Source: Squalus acanthias (taxonomy: Eukaryota). Taken from it: 64,000 bases of DNA. Where the stretch lies: positions 106,456,001 to 106,520,000 of the forward strand of contig CM059432.1 of the NCBI GenBank assembly GCA_030390025.1, in the 5' to 3' direction. Under the pieces are notes generated by a model, which worked only from the letters and a program-made list of their open reading frames with translations, ran no database searches and was not told the DNA's origin. How positions within the stretch are numbered: position 1 is the stretch's first letter; the number at the start of each line of letters is the position of its first letter. A program made the position numbers and the translations under genes. Positions 62,913 through 64,000 of this stretch are shown one piece after another.

Positions 62913-64000
62913 GGGAAGAAAGCAAAGAAGCAAAATTTGCTTTGATTTTTACCTCTGACATTTTCATTGAAAGAATACTAAGTGAAACTCCAAATGTTAT
63001 CTGCTGTGGCATTACCTGTCATCTTGGGTCTTTTAATCCAGATCTACTATGGAGTCTGCTATTGCCAGTTATCAGACCAGCTACTGCCCCTGCCATGTGG
63101 GTGGAGGTATCACTCATCTGACCTGGTGGTTCTGATCAAGAATGAAGGAAACAATATCTAGGATCTAATTTGTATTTGAACTTAAATTTCATTTAACTGT
63201 AGGATTAATAATTAATTACAATTTAAATATGTTTTGGTACAATACGTTCAATGGTATCAGAGTTTCTATGTTCAGTATTTTTAGTTGTGTTTTTTATGAA
63301 GTAGTTCTTGTTTTCTCATGCTGTGATTTGTTAAATTTTCTACAAACGAATATCTTTTTTGGAAAATGAATATGATGACACACCTTGTAGCTTGAATTTA
63401 CCTTAGACTAACATTGTGCAGGCACATTTCAAGCTCTTGGATAAATTGATCTTGTATGTATGTAGCATTAGCTGTAGTATTTAGTTCATACTACATAAGA
63501 GGGGGCTTGTGGTAAGTAATAACAGACACTTGAACTTTCTGAAGTTTTCTTGTGTCTACATATAAATGTATTAACTTGGTTTATATAAAAAAGTAGTCGT
63601 ATAATGGTACTAGTTAGCTGGTTTATTTTACATGGCTTATAATATAATAGACACAGTCTCCCTGCACAAAAATAGCTACAGTCTATTTCTATTGAAAAGT
63701 TTAAGCCATCGCTATCGCGCAATGATTTTTTTTTAAATCTTTAAAAATAACTGAAATGAGGGGTTGGGTCAGTTTGTTCACAAGTATGAAAAATGAATCA
63801 AAAGCTGTCTCAGTATGAGAGGACTGTACTTCAAGAAAGAATGAATGATCTTGTACTTCTATATGCCTTTCACATCCTCAGCCAATGAAATACTATTGGT
63901 GTGGTCACTGTTTTTGCTTTGTAGGCAAACTTTGCACACAGCAAGGTCCTACAAACAGCAAAAGATATGAATGATCAGTTAATCTATCTCCTTTTGCCTT

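Overview
Vertebrate genomic DNA, very likely from a cartilaginous fish (shark/ray), judged from an HE1-type V-SINE, SacSINE1-like Deu-domain SINEs and HER1/CR1-type LINE tails. The only host gene is DEPTOR on the + strand: coding exons 2-9 (22818-61834, all GT-AG, phases consistent, 368 codons plus stop). Exon 1 lies upstream of the window and the 3' UTR follows 61834. The introns are densely filled with nested transposable elements. These include a structurally complete 4.28-kb GC-rich Gypsy LTR element with CsRn1/Kabuki/Boudicca-lineage hallmarks, Neptune-type Penelope-like elements whose terminal repeats carry minimal type I hammerhead ribozyme motifs (one with an intact core in the sense orientation of DEPTOR intron 8), non-autonomous PIF/Harbinger elements retaining only a Myb/SANT remnant plus related MITEs, hAT elements, an apparently ORF1-less LINE with a tRNA-like head and its SINE-sized derivative, many CR1 and L2 copies, and a G-rich 33-bp minisatellite. 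All calls come from reading the sequence by eye and from recalled family consensus features; no searches or computations were run.
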